A stretch of DNA of 64,000 nucleotides, taken from positions 248,001 to 312,000 of the forward strand of contig JAWMAR010000300.1 of assembly GCA_036785375.1 (NCBI GenBank). Direction: 5' to 3'. Below the pieces are notes generated by a model. That model saw only the letters and a program-made list of their open reading frames with translations. It was not told the origin of the DNA and ran no database searches. Source of the DNA: Leucoraja ocellata (lineage: Eukaryota). Of the stretch, positions 51,523 to 64,000 are shown piece after piece; the first letter of the stretch is position 1; every line of letters begins with the position of its first letter. Made by a program: the position numbers and the translations under genes.

Positions 51523-52559
51523 ATCTCTGTGAATATCTCTGCCAGCTGATCCGCACAGGTCCAAATGATGAGGCCAGGGACTCCATTCAGACCACTTGCT
51601 TTATAGGGGTTCACTCTCAGGAAGATTCTGATAAGGGTCTGTCATAGTAACCTTTGGCACAGACACACCTGGAGATTGGCCAGAGTCTTCAAAATGGTCC
51701 AATAACTTTTGTGGGTAGTATTTTTTGAAAGCCTGGAAAATCCACAAGGTAAAAAAGCTGCAACTAGTTCTGTTCGCATTGTGTAGACAGTTCCCTCATT
51801 ATACTGCAGATGGACACAAAATGCTGGCGTAACAGCGGAATAGGCAGCATCTCTGGAGAGAAGGTATGGGTGATGTTTCGGGTCCAGACCCTTCTGTGGT
51901 TCCTCCCTCATTATACTGATGCATTGTAAATATGGTTTCATATTCATCAGTGGTTCCACGGTGACTGGAATCTATGAGCAAGCTTCAACTAACAGCGTTA
52001 CTAAATACAGCCCCTTATAATTAAACAGCATCTTTCTCACGTAGCAAACTTCGTTGGATCACAAGGCAAGTGCTACTTCACATATCTAAGAATAGACCGG
52101 AAAACACATTGGCCAATCCATTTCACATTTATATGGAAATCTATGAACCCACCATATCAAACTGTTTTGAAGGACATTTGCCATTAAAAAGACTGTGCCA
52201 AGTATTAATCAATCCTTATACAAATAGTACTTGCTGAGACATGAACTTTCCTGTAATTGTGACCTTTAATGTTGCGGGATCCCTTAATTTGAAATAATTC
52301 TGAGGTATTTTATTTCCTTCCCTTGTAAATCTATTGGCCAGACCATGCTGGGAGATGCCAGCAGCTCTACAGCAAATTATTGGCAAGTGGGCCCTGGTTT
52401 GATCTGACCTTCAGGCAAAAGTGGTGAGCTCTGTTGGAGATTTCTTGGCCGCATTCTTCCGTTGGATTCTGCAAGAAGTCCAAGAGTGAAGCACTAAAAC
52501 TATTGAATACTCCAACACCTATGCTGGAGAATTTACCCACAGATGCTGTGCCAGGATAG

Positions 52560-53830
52560 ACTTATGATATGATAAAACTATTTATCCCAGGAGGGAAATT
52601 GATCTGCCATCAATGGTAAAACCATATAACCATATAACCATATAACAATTACAGCACGGAAACAGGCCATCTCGGCCCTACAAGTCCATGCCAAACAAAT
52701 TTTTTTTCCCCTTAGTCCCACCTGCCTGCACTCGTACCATAACCCTCCATTCCCTTCTCATCCATATGCCTATCCAATTTATTTTTAAATGATACCAATG
52801 AACCTGCCTCCACCACTTCCACTGGGAGCTCATTCCACACCGCCACCACTCTCTGCGTAAAGAAGTTCCCCCTCATATTACCCCTAAACTTCTGTCCCTT
52901 AATTCTGAAGTCATGTCCTCTTGTTTGAATCTTCCCTATTCTCAAAGGGAAAAGCTTGTCCACATCAACTCGGTCTATCCCTCTCATCATTTTAAAGACC
53001 TCTATCAGGTCCCCCCTTAACCTTCTGCGCTCCAGAGAATAAAGACCTAACTTATTCAACCTATCTCTGTAACTTAGTTGTTGAAACCCAGGCAACATTC
53101 TAGTAAATCTCCTCTGTACTCTCTCTATTTTGTTGACATCCTTCCTATAATTTGGCGACCAAAATTGTACACCATACTCCAGATTTGGTCTCACCAATGC
53201 CTTGTACAATTTTAACATTACATCCCAGCTTCTATACTCAATGCTCTGATTTATAAAGGCTAGCATACCAAAAGCTTTCTTTACCACCCTATCTATATGA
53301 GATTCCACCTTCAAGGAACTATGCACGGTTATACCCAGATCCCTCTGTTCAACTGAATTCTTCAATTCCCTACCATTTACCATGTACGTCCTATTTTGAT
53401 TTGTCCTGCCAAGGTGTAGCACCTCACATTTATCAGCATTAAACTCCATCTGCCATCTTTTTTTTTTTTTTTTTTTTTCCACAAGATACATGAAATTAAA
53501 GTGACGAGTGGAAAGGATTGGAGATGTGCAAAGATTGGGGAGGGGGAGGAGTGTCAGTCTACCTCACGACAGAAGGGGGAGGCGTTGTACAGTTTAATAG
53601 CCACAGGGAAGAAGGATCTCCTTGGCTTTCTGTACTGCATCTTGGTGGAACCAATCTGTTGCTGAAGGTACTCCTCAGGTTGACCAGTGTGTCATGGAGA
53701 GGGTGAATTGTATTGTCCAAGATGCTCTGCAGTTTGAGAAGCATCTTCACCTCCAAGACCACCTCTCATGAATCCAACTCCACCCCCAGGATTGAGCCAG
53801 CCTTTGTTAATCCTGTTGGCTTCCACAACC
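52560..53830 (-). mobile_element. Rex-like 3' end interrupted by a young (ATATGGTT)n CR1 at 52622-53457
   Basis: KLQSILDNTIHPLHD...NRLVPPRCST (Rex-like); uninterrupted ~245-aa CR1 C-terminal frame WQMEFNADKCEVLHLG...GRWD. Confidence 0.88.
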
Positions 53831-54015
53831 TGGCACAGGAGCCATCAGCCATGGACATTTTATGGCCAAGGAAGAAAGGTAAGAATAAGGTAAGTTATAA
53901 TTTTGATTAATTAAATGCTTTAAGTGATTTTAGCAAAATTCCATTTTCTTCATGTTTTCTCACATTTGTTGCTCAGACTCATTATTTTGTACTACTTCCA
54001 GGCATTGCCTGTGCA

Positions 54016-56754
54016 CATAGAAACATAGAAATTAGGTGCAGGAGTAGGCCATTCGGCCCTTCGAGCCTGCACCGCCATTCAATATGATCATGGCTGATCA
54101 TCCAACTCAGTATCCCGTACCTGCCTTCTTTCCATACCCTCTGATCCCCTTGGCCACAAGGGCCACATCTAACTCCCTCAAATATAGCCAATGAACTGGC
54201 CTCAACTACCCTCTGTGGCAGAGAGTTCCAGAGATTCACCACTCTCTGTGTGAAAAAAGTTCTTCTCATCTCGGTTTTAAAGGATTTCCCCCTTACCCTT
54301 AAGCTGTGACCCCTTGTCCTGGACTTCCCCAACATCGGGAACAATCTTCCTGCATCTAGCCTGTCCAACCCCTTAAGAATTTTATAAGTTTCTATAAGAT
54401 CCCCTCTCAATCTCCTAAATTCTAGAGAGTATAAACCAAGTCTATCCAGTCTTTCTTCATAAGACAGTCCTGACATCCCAGGAATCAGTCTGGTGAACCT
54501 TCTCTGCACTCCCTCTATGGCAATAATGTCCTTCCTCAGATTTGGAGACCAAAACTGTATGCAATACTCCAGGTGTGGTCTCACCAAGACCCTGTACAAC
54601 TGCAGTAGAACCTCCCTGCTCCTATACTCAAATCCTTTTGCTATGAAAGCTAAAATACCATTCGCTTTCTTCACTGCCTGCTGCACCTGCATGCCTACTT
54701 TCAATGACTGGTATACCATGACACCCAGGTCTCGCTGCATCTCCCCTTTTCCTAGTCGGCCACCATTGAAATAATAGTCTGCTTTCCTGTTCTTGCCACC
54801 AAAATGGATAACCTCACATTTATCCACATTATACTGCATCTGCCAAACATTTGCCCACTCACCCAGCCTATCCAAGTCACCTTGCAGTCTCCTAGCATCC
54901 TCCTCACAGCTAACACTGCCCCCCAGCTTAGTGTCATCCGCAAACTTGGAGATATTGCCTTCAATTCCCTCATCCAGATCATTAATATATATTGTAAATA
55001 GCTGGGGTCACAGCACTGAGCCTTGCGGTACCCCACTAGTCACTGCCTGCCATTGTGAAAAGGACCCGTTTACCCCTACTCTTTGCTTCCTGTTTGCCAG
55101 ACAGTTCTCTATCCACATCAATACTGAACCCCCAATGCCGTGTGCTTTAAGTTTGTATACTAATCTCTTATGTGGGACCTTGTCGAAAGCCTTCTGGAAG
55201 TCCAGATACACCACATCCACTGGTTCTCCCCTATCCACGCTACTAGTTACATCCTCGAAAAATTCTATAAGATTCGTCAGACATGATTTACCTTTCGTAA
55301 ATCCATGCTGACTTTGTCCAATGATTTCACCACTTTCCAAATGTGCTGCTATCCCATCTTTAATAACTGACTCTAGCAGTTTCCCCACTACCGATGTTAG
55401 ACTAACTGGTCTGTAATTCCCCGTTTTCTCTCTCCCTCCCTTCTTAAAAAGTGGGGTTACGTTTGCTACCCGCCAATCCTCAGGAACTACTCCAGAATCT
55501 AAAGAGTTTTGAAAGATTATTACTAATGCACCCATTATTTCTGGAGCTACTTCCTTAAGTACTCTGGGATGCAGCCCATCTGGCCCTGGGGATTTATCGG
55601 CCTTTAATCCATTCAATTTACCCAACACCACTTCCTGGCTAACCTGGATTTCACTCAATTCCTCCAACTCCTTTGACCCACGGTCCCCAGCTATTTCTGG
55701 CAGATTATTTATGTCTTCCTTAGTGAAGACGGAACCAAAGTAGTTATTCAATTGGTCCGCCATATCCTTGTTCCCCATGATCAACTCACCTGTTTCTGAC
55801 TGCAAGGGACCTACATTTGTTTTAACTAATCTCTTTCTTTTCACATATCTATAAAAAACATTTGCAGTCAGTTTTTATGTTCCCTGCCAGTTTTCTTTCA
55901 TAATCTATTTTTCCTTTCCTAATTAAGCCCTTTGTCCTCCTCTGCTGGTCTCTGAATTTCTCCCAGTCCTTCGGTATGCTGCTTTTTCTGGCTAATTTGT
56001 ACGCATCATCCTTCGCTTTGATACTATCCCTGATTTCCCTTGTAATCCACGGATGTACTACCTTCCCTGATTTATTCTTTTGCCAAACATCGATGGACAA
56101 TTTTTGTAGTTCATCCATGCAGTCTTTAAATGTCTTCCATTGCATATCCACTATCAACCCTTTTAGAATTAATTGCCAGTCAATCTTGGCCAATTCACGT
56201 CTCATACCCTCAAAGTTACCTTTCTTTAAGTTCAGAACCATTGTTTCTGAATTAACAATGTCACTCTCCATCCTAATGAAGAACTCAACCATATTATGGT
56301 TACTCTTGCCCAAGGGGGCACGTACAACAAGACTGCTAACTAACCCTTCCTCATTTCTCAATACTCAGTCTAAAATAGCCTGCTCTCTCGTTGGTTCCTC
56401 TACATGTTGATTTAGTTAACAATGCCGCATACATTCCAAGAAATCCTCTTCCTCAGCACCCCTGCCAATTTGATTCACCCAATCTATATGTAGATTGAAG
56501 TCACCCATTATAACTGTTTTGCATTTGTCGCACGCATTTCTTATTTCCTGTTTGATACCATCTCCAACTTCACTACTACTGTTAGGTGGCCTGTACACAA
56601 CACCCACCAGCGTTTTCCGCCCCTTAGTGTTTCGCAGCTCTACCCATACCGATTCCACATCCTCCAAACTAATGTCCTTCCTTTCCATTGCGTTAATCTC
56701 CTCTCTAATCAGCAACGCTACCCCACCTCCTTTTCCTTTCTCTCTATCCCTCCT
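54016..56754 (-). mobile_element. Longest CR1 copy, about 2.7 kb: most of ORF2 (APE endonuclease and RT) plus 3' UTR; pseudogenised
   Basis: [64 protein letters not shown] and KFADD motifs; a few frameshifts and stops; (TTTCTATG) tail. Confidence 0.95.
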
Positions 56755-56849
56755 GAGTTCACATACTCCGAGGCTCCCAGCATCGGTTTGTGTTAACAAT
56801 GCAGTATTATGGACATAAGACTACCAATACGCATATCGATAAACAATTA

Positions 56850-57530
56850 AGCTGCATAGAAAAGTACAGCACAGGAACGGGGCCATTGGCTGAATGTCTG
56901 TGTCGAGCATGATGCCAGGATAAACTAACCTCCTCCACCTGCACATGATTCTTAGCCTTCCATTCTCTGCATATCCATGTGCCTAGGATGTTGCCTGGAT
57001 TGGAAGATTTCAGTTGTGAGGAGTAATTGATTAGGCTGTGTGAGAAAGAACTGCAGATGCTGGTTTTGAATCAAAGGGAGACACAAAATGCTGGAGTAAC
57101 TCGAGAATTGATTAGGCTGGGCTTGTTTAGCGTGCAGTGAAGGAGGGAGAGGGTTGATGATGATGATGTACAAGGAGATGAAAGGAATAAAATGGGTATA
57201 GTCAAAATTTCCCCATGATAGGGGCATCAAAAACAAGGGGGCACAAGTTTCAGGTGTGAGGAAGGAATTTTAAAGGGGATGTAATAGGAGAAGGTTTTAT
57301 TCTACACAGAGAGTATGTTACCTGGAACATTCTGTCAGAGGAGGTGATGAAATGTAGTAATTTGCAATTACTACATTTAAGTTGCATTTAGACATGCATT
57401 TAATTAGGCAAAGTCTGGAAGGATATGGTCTTAAAGTAGGCAAATAGGATTAATGTTGATTGGTAAAAAGGTCAGCATAGATATGGTGAGCAAATGGGTC
57501 AATTTCTGTGCTGTACAACTTTATGACTAC
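56850..57530. mobile_element. CR1 tail (-) and old CR1 3' fragment (+) with a small PLE insertion
   Basis: Homology to the other CR1 3' ends in the window. Confidence 0.7.
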
Positions 57531-58361
57531 GAAACAGGATCAAATGATGCCTCAAATGTAGACTGGATATATAGAGAGCATATTCATGCACAATCAAGCA
57601 TATGTACTTCGCAGCATAAAGAATGTAATATTTTCTTTATAAATTAATATTCTCAAAGCAAAGGAACATACTGAAAATGCAAATGCTAGGTCCCAGTATA
57701 AGAGTAAAGATAATTAAATTGACTACTATATGCTCGTACATCAACGAGAGGATTATTTCAATCAAAACCCATTTGAAATTGCAGGAATTTGCGTGTTTAA
57801 TACAAGGAATCAATGCCTGGGAGGAATAAGCAGCATCTGCATTAGTTGCATGAAAAGATTTATTCACGTTGCAACGTTGGCGAGTTCTTATATTGTGTGC
57901 TAGAAATACAACTGCCTGTGGCTAAAAGGAGAGTGAAGTCAATCCAAATTGATAAGCACACAGCATCTTACATTTGACAAAATTTGCAAAATTGCTACCT
58001 TGACAGAAATGGGAGTAAAAAAGATGGTATGGAATTTTGTCTCATCAGCAGGCACAAACACAACAGCAGACAGAAGACAGCATCAGAAGCTCAATTTTTG
58101 AAACAAAATTAGTTACATACGACTATGATAGTATCATATGACTATGTTGTAGGTGTCAATCTGCGAGTCTGTTTTATTATGAAGTCAAAGAAGGATAAAT
58201 AGAGGGACATAACCTCAAGTGGAGTTATGCAGCCAATGTGATTACTTAATGGCGAGAAAATGCCTCCAGTTGTAAAATTAACTATGGGAGTCTGTATAAC
58301 AAGGTAGGGCTGCCAACATTGGGTGAGAGTTGAGAGTGAGAAATTCCGCTTTAGATTTAGG

Positions 58362-58728
58362 CATCCATATCCAACCTCTCTGTCCTGGGTCTCCTCCATG
58401 GCCAGAGCGAGCAACACCGGAAATTGGAGGAACTGCACCTCATATTCCGCTTGGGGAGTCTGCATCCTGGGGGCATGAATATTGAATTCTCCCAATTTTG
58501 TTAGCCCTTGCTGTCTCCTCCCCTTCCCATCTCACCCTCAGCATTCGGGCTCCTCCTCCTCCTTTTTCCTTTCTTCTCCCCCCCCTCACCCCCGATCAGT
58601 CTGAAGAAAGGTTTTGGTCCAAAACGTTGCCTATTTCCTGCGCTCCATCGATGCTGCTGCACCCGCTGAGTTTCTCCAGCATTTTTGTGTACCTTCGATT
58701 TTCCAGCATCTGCAGTTCCTTCTTAAAA
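58362..58728 (+). mobile_element. Penelope-like element 3' fragment (GIY-YIG C-terminus and terminal repeat)
   Basis: 58370-58504 translates SNLSVLGLLHGQSEQHRKLEELHLIFRLGSLHPGGMNIEFSQFC*, the typical PLE GIY-YIG end, followed by a C/T-rich stretch and the hammerhead-bearing terminus. Confidence 0.85.
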
Positions 58729-60752
58729 ACTCAGTAGCCTGTGATACTTTAGCTGATCTCATTTGGAATTGGTGTATGGACAGGAGGATTTGGATCTCAG
58801 CTGCTTACTTGCCGGGTAGATTTAATACGGTGGCAGATATTAGATCTCGTAAATTCAATAATCACACTGAGTGAATGTTAAATCAAAAAGTATTTAACGA
58901 CATTATTGCTCGTTATGGAACACCTGATATGGATTTGTTTGCCTCCGGGCTTAATTACCAATTACCAAGATATGTAGCATGGGAGCCAGACCCAGGGGCG
59001 GAGGCTGTAGATGCATTCTCTTTAGGCTGGGGGGGAATGTGCTTTCCCTCCATTTTGCCTCGTTGGACGATGCTTGCAAAAAATCATGCAAGACTTCGCT
59101 TTGGGTATTTTAGTAGTGCCTAACTGGTCTACACACCATGGTTCCCTTTAGTGTTAGAAGTGCTAGTGGAACCACCAATGGTTGTTCATAAACATAAATA
59201 TTTGCTTATTCATCCCGTGTCTCGGGAACCTCATCCGCTACGTGAATGAATCAACCTGTTAATTTGCAGAATCTGAGTAGACCTTTACTGGGGCTCGGAT
59301 TATCCGACCGGACGGTGGATGTAATCACTGCAGCTTGGCGAGACGGCACTAAGAAGCAGTACTTTTCATACATTAAACAAAGGGAAAAATTTTGTGTCAA
59401 TACACATAAAAGTTACTTTACGGCAGATACAGCCGATGTGTTGGAATTCCTTTCAACCTTATATTTTGACAAAAAAGAGTTATAGCGCGATTAACACTGC
59501 TCGTAGTGCTTTGTCGTCATATTTGCTGCTGGGATCTGGAGACCATTCTGTCGGCTCTCACCCATTGGTATCTAATTTATGAGGGGTATTTTCTTAACAA
59601 AAACCCTCCTAGGCCCAGATATAGGAAGATATGGGACATTAATGTAGTATTAACGCTGCTTCGTAGTTGGGCACCAGTTGCATCTTTATCTTTGGTCCAG
59701 CTCACCTATAAATTAGTCATGTTCATGGCGCTTGTTTCAGCACAACGAGTCCAGTCGTTACAGAAATTAAGGCTGGATAAGGCAGTTATATCCAATAATA
59801 TGGTAACCTTTTATATAGATGAGCTGATTAAGCAAAGTAGATCAGGTGCGCTAGGGTTTAAGTTGGAGCTATTAGCATATCCACCAGATCACAGGTTATG
59901 TGTCGTTACATATATTAAAGAATATATAAAGGTTACAAAGGACCTTTGAGGCACCGAACTGGCGGTCTTCGTCAGTCATAAAAAACCACACAGAAGGGTA
60001 TCGGTGCAGACCATTTCTAGATGGTTGAGACGTGTATTAGCATTCGCAGGACACTGATGTATTCAAATCTAACTCTACCAGGGCTGCAGCCACGTCAGCA
60101 GCAAGAATTACGGAAGTTCTACTGGACCACATCCTAGCGACAGCAGGATGGGCGAATGAGCTAACTTTTCAAACATTTTATAATAAACCAATTACCAGGC
60201 CTGGTTTATTTGCTAGCAAAATTTTAAGTTCTGTTAATTAAATCAATTGTTTATCCCTGATGTGAAGGGACCATTATTATTATTTCCATTAAAAGCATGG
60301 ACATGTTTAAGTTAACATCATGTTTCAATGAAGTATGTTTCTTCAGCCATGTCTGGTCAACTGGGCAGTATGCCTGCATGGAATCTGGTTCATTGCATGA
60401 AACCATAGAGCTTTGAAGTCTTCACGTAGTCACTCACATGACTTCGATATAAAATAGGAAGATTAAATGAGAACTTAACGTTTGAAGTTTGATCTTTATT
60501 TTATGAGAAGTTGAAGTGAGGGATTACGTGCCCTCCACTCCCAACCCTACTTCTCATAAAGATCATTCGGTAGTTCTAAGCTCCTTAATCTTCCTATAGC
60601 TTAGGTCAGCAACTATTCTGTGGTTTCCTACAGCTGCTCTAAAGTTTGACGCGCATGCGGGCTGGCGGACTCTTCACGTAATCCCTCACTTAAACTTCTC
60701 ATAAAATAAAGATCAAACTTCAAACGTTAAGTTCTCGTTTAACCTTCCTATT
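58729..60752 (+). mobile_element. DIRS1-like tyrosine-recombinase retrotransposon, 3' half (RNase H end, methyltransferase-like domain, YR, ICR and right terminal repeat); degenerate
   Basis: IWNWC..IWISAAYLPGRFNTVADIRSR (RNase H); GTPDMDLFAS, DAFSLGW, AFPPF (MT-like); SAINTARSALS, ALVSAQRVQ, TISRWL, FKSNSTRAAATS, AGW, TFQTFYNKPI (YR; stop at 60240); terminal inverted repeat pair. Confidence 0.92.
60453..60752. repeat. 78-bp inverted repeat pair (60453-60530 / 60675-60752), 3 mismatches
   Basis: Manual alignment of one arm against the reverse complement of the other. Confidence 0.95.
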
Positions 60753-61489
60753 AAAACTGCTAAAAGTCATAGCTGACCACACACAGCAACAAACCTGACT
60801 AGATAAGTATTGACTGAGGAAACTAGATATCAATTGGATACTTATTGTTTATACGGATGCATTTTCCAACTACCACACAAAGACTCTGGCAAAGGTAGCA
60901 CAAAGTTCAGCTTTACCTTGTATCTATGGGGAAGATCACTTTCCAGTCACAGCTGCAAAAATCACAGAGCCGCTATAGACAGACTTTCAAAATGTAAATG
61001 TTCAAATGTCAATATGCAACTCCAAACCCAATGGAAGCTTTGAAATGTCCATTGATCAATAATGCCTGTAGTAGGAGTATGAAATAGTCATCCTAAATGC
61101 CTCCAGATGAATCAATGGTGAATTACACTGAGAACATGCTGGCATTGTAAATACAAAGGGTATTACCAGAAGCTTCTTATATTGCCAGATATTGATAAAG
61201 AAGTAAAAGATTATGTTAGTATGTACCGTCTGAACAATTTACATGGAAAATGTGGTCATTTTCAAGCCAAAAGTTCATTTCTTACAGAAAGACTGGCAGT
61301 ATTTCTTATCGACACTCATTTTAAACGGATTGGAGTTAAAACAGGGGATTGTAGACAACAGCACAGAGTGAGATTGATATTTTGCAATTCAGAACATATC
61401 TTAATTGTTTCAGATCATGGACCTTAGTTCATATTCTAACATTTAATATTTCTGGAGGTGCTCTAGTTTCTAGCTTCACTCTAACTGCA

Positions 61490-62345
61490 CTGCAGAAGGC
61501 AAAAAGGAGGTACACCAGGATGGTGCCTGGGATGGAGGGTTTCAGTTACAAAGAGAGAGACTGGATAGGTTCAATTTACTTTGCTTGCTGTGGAGGAGGC
61601 TGAAGGTGGACTTAATAGGAGCTATGCAAAATTATAGATACTTTATTATCACCTATAGCACGTCACGGTGACATATCTTTGTTTTTGTCACCCAGAGAGT
61701 GGTGAATCTCTGGAATTCTCTGCCACAGGAGGTAGTTGAGGCCAGTTCATTGGCTATATTTAAGAGGGAGTTAGATGTGGCCCTTGTGGCTAAAGGGATC
61801 AGGGGGTATGGAGAGAAGGCAGGTACAGGATACTGAGTTGCATGATCAGCCATGATCATATTGAATGGTGGTGCAGGCTCGAAGGGCCAAATGGCCTACT
61901 CCTGCACCTATTTTCTATGTTTCTATGAAGCAAAGGGACTTTTCGGGTGGAGACCCTGCATCAGGACTGGACCACTTTTATTCTAGATTCCAACATCTCC
62001 AGTCTCTTGTTCATCTAACCATGTATCTTGAGTTGCCTTAGGTAGGGCCTACTCCTGCACCTATTTTCTATTTCTATGTCTATGTCTATGTTTATGTTTG
62101 TTTTGCATGCCATACACAAGTAGTGCAAAGAATCGCCACACATAGGATGGCGACAAAGTTACAAAGTATTCATAACAGTCCTCAATGGGCCCTGTTAGTT
62201 CACCCCCCCCCCCCCCCCCCCCCCACTTCCCCCCCACGCTGGGTCCCTTCTTTGTTCTCGGCAGCCCCCCCCCACCCGTGCCCTCTTTGTTCTCAGCGGC
62301 TCCCTCACGCCAGGGCCCCTCTTTGCTATGATGGGACATAGATAG
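61490..62345. mobile_element. Composite: old CR1 (+), young CR1 3' end (+, 61690-61927), PLE remnant, second CR1 tail (62046-62085), within a Rex-like 3' UTR (-)
   Basis: Homology to other copies in the window; C21 run at about 62204-62224. Confidence 0.7.
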
Positions 62346-63074
62346 ACTCGATGGTTGGACACTTGTCCTCATAGAAGAACAGTCCAAAACTAGCAATTCA
62401 GGACAGGAGCAAGAGGTTCAGAGATCCAAATATTTTTTTCAACTAGTAAAATGGTTGGAATCTGGGACATGCTGCCCAAAAGGGCAGCTAAGGTAGACAC
62501 TCAAATGTAATAAAAGTACCAAGATGAGCAGTTGAATTATGAGGGCATAGTGCGTTACAGACCATGTGCCAGTAAATGAGATTAGTATTGATAGTTGACA
62601 TGTACATGGTGGTCTGAAGGGCTTGTTTCTGTGCTGTGTGATTTTGAGGTGATTTTCAAGCATTCAGCACCCATCCTCTAATAATGTAGACAAATGCCTA
62701 TTTGCATCCAAAAGGAAGCCTTGAACAGATTTCCAACATTGTTATGCTTAACCATGAATCAGCAGAAGAAAAATTGTTTTCACATTGATCAAGTAACATC
62801 CACAAGAAATGTATCAGAACACATTGATGTAAAAATTAATATGCAACCAAAAGCTGAAGAGGGCATGTCAACAGTGAAATGAAACAGGATGTCAGTCCTT
62901 TATCAATGTGAGGGACCCAAACACAGTAAAAAGATGTAAGCCCCTGAGAATGCCAATCTACAGTCTGAATGAATCATTGTTAATAAGAAATACTTTTTCC
63001 AAAGGAACATTGAAGTAGAGACTTGCATGTGATGTAATGAGTGGTATATGTGTGACATATGTACGTGGCAGTTG

Positions 63075-64000
63075 TCATAGTCATAGTCATACAGTATGGA
63101 AACAGGCATCTTAAGCCAACCCAGCCCATGTCGACCAAGATGCCCCGCCTACATCGGTTCCACCTGCTTGTGTTTGGCCCATATCCCTCTAAACTTTTCC
63201 TAGCCATGTACCTGTCCAAGAGTCTTTTAAATGTATTTAAAATATCTTTGCTGTGGCGCTTAAGATCTCTGATGGATGGCAAAGGTGTACTTAATCAAAT
63301 CTATGGATTAGGTCAAACACCAACTTTCAATTACACTGAATTTACTCAGTTTAATGAAACAGCACAAGCGATTCATCACCGTTCTATAATTTCCTGTCAT
63401 TTAATTCCTAATCACGGTTCACATATATTCATAGGAAATGAGACAATGCAGTATTGTAGGGTCAAGCACAGGACTTTTCTGTTTTTTTTGAATTACACAA
63501 AGTCCTGGAGTAACACAGCAGGCCAGGCAGCATCCCTGGAGAACACGCATAGGTGATGTTTCGGGAAGTAACTTTTCTTCAGTTTGATTGAAGTGTGCGG
63601 GGGGGGGGAGGGGTTGCGGAGAAAGCTAGAAGAGAGGAGGGCAGGACAAAGTATGGCAGCTAATGGGTGAACACAGGCAAGAAGGGCCGTCTCTTAGAGA
63701 CATAGAAAATAGGTGCAGGAGGAGGCCATTCATTGTGATCATGGCTGATCATCCCTAATCAATAACCCATGCCTGCCTTCTCTCCATATCCCTTGATTCC
63801 ACTAGCCCTTGGGCTCTATCTAACTCTCTCTTAAATCCATCCAGTGAATTGGCCTCCACTGCCCTCTGTGGCAGGGAATTCCACAAATTCACAATTCTCT
63901 GGGTGAAAATGTTTTTTTCTCACCTCAGTCTTAAATGGCATCCCCTTTATTCTAAGACTGTGGCCCCTGGTTCTGCTCACCCAACATTGGGAACATTTTC
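63075..64000 (-). mobile_element. CR1 tails (63075-63240; 63696 to the window end) and a PLE terminal remnant (63495-63590)
   Basis: Homology to other copies in the window. Confidence 0.75.

Larger units (their letters stand above)
50000..51620 (-). mobile_element. Degraded Rex1/Babar-like LINE (RT through 3' UTR)
   Basis: NPYKASGLNGVPG, ALTTIMKCFE, KFADDTTVV, WCQDNNL..NVSKTK and SHPGHS..SLLPPGRR motifs. Confidence 0.85.
7568..64000 (-). other. Probable large upstream intron (intron 1) of FAM171A1, transposon-rich
   Basis: Splice acceptor at 7568-7570. No signal-peptide exon or host CpG island recognised up to the window end, although a short exon 1 could have been missed. Confidence 0.6.

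Noticed and set aside
54016-56754. Active autonomous LINE or domesticated RT gene
   Set aside because: 5'-truncated, no ORF1, and ORF2 is broken by frameshifts and a stop.
58100-58361. Possible inverted or scrambled DIRS RNase H N-terminal fragment (LVIQT, TTGG on the - strand) or a host exon
   Set aside because: Only scattered short matches, no catalytic TDAS motif and no convincing splice sites; cannot be supported without a search.
58875-59949. Methyltransferase plus phage-integrase-like genes suggesting a prophage or bacterial contamination
   Set aside because: The RNase H-MT-YR order and the terminal inverted repeat fit a DIRS1 retrotransposon embedded among vertebrate repeats.

Overview
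Eukaryotic (vertebrate) genomic DNA, most likely a cartilaginous fish such as a skate or ray. That inference rests on HE1-type V-SINEs and abundant CR1/HER1-like LINE 3' ends. The only host coding sequence I can support is one 228-bp internal exon on the minus strand (7340-7567) matching FAM171A1 exon 2. The rest of the window appears to be its flanking introns, filled with mobile DNA: several CR1 subfamilies, L2, Rex1/Babar, RTE and Tx1-like LINE fragments, HE1 SINEs, Penelope-like (PLE) fragments carrying a hammerhead-ribozyme motif, the 3' half of a DIRS1-like tyrosine-recombinase retrotransposon, two PIF/Harbinger MITEs, a 1.2-kb nested-palindrome Tc1/mariner-type MITE and a possible non-autonomous Helitron with a 48-bp minisatellite. 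I found no convincing new multi-gene system. The best leads are the PLE hammerhead family and its tiny insertions with 14-15 bp target-site duplications (TSDs), the foldback MITE, the DIRS 3' terminal structure, and recurrent fold-back or templated junctions at LINE breakpoints. Family names come from remembered motifs, not database searches. Boundaries of degraded repeats are approximate.
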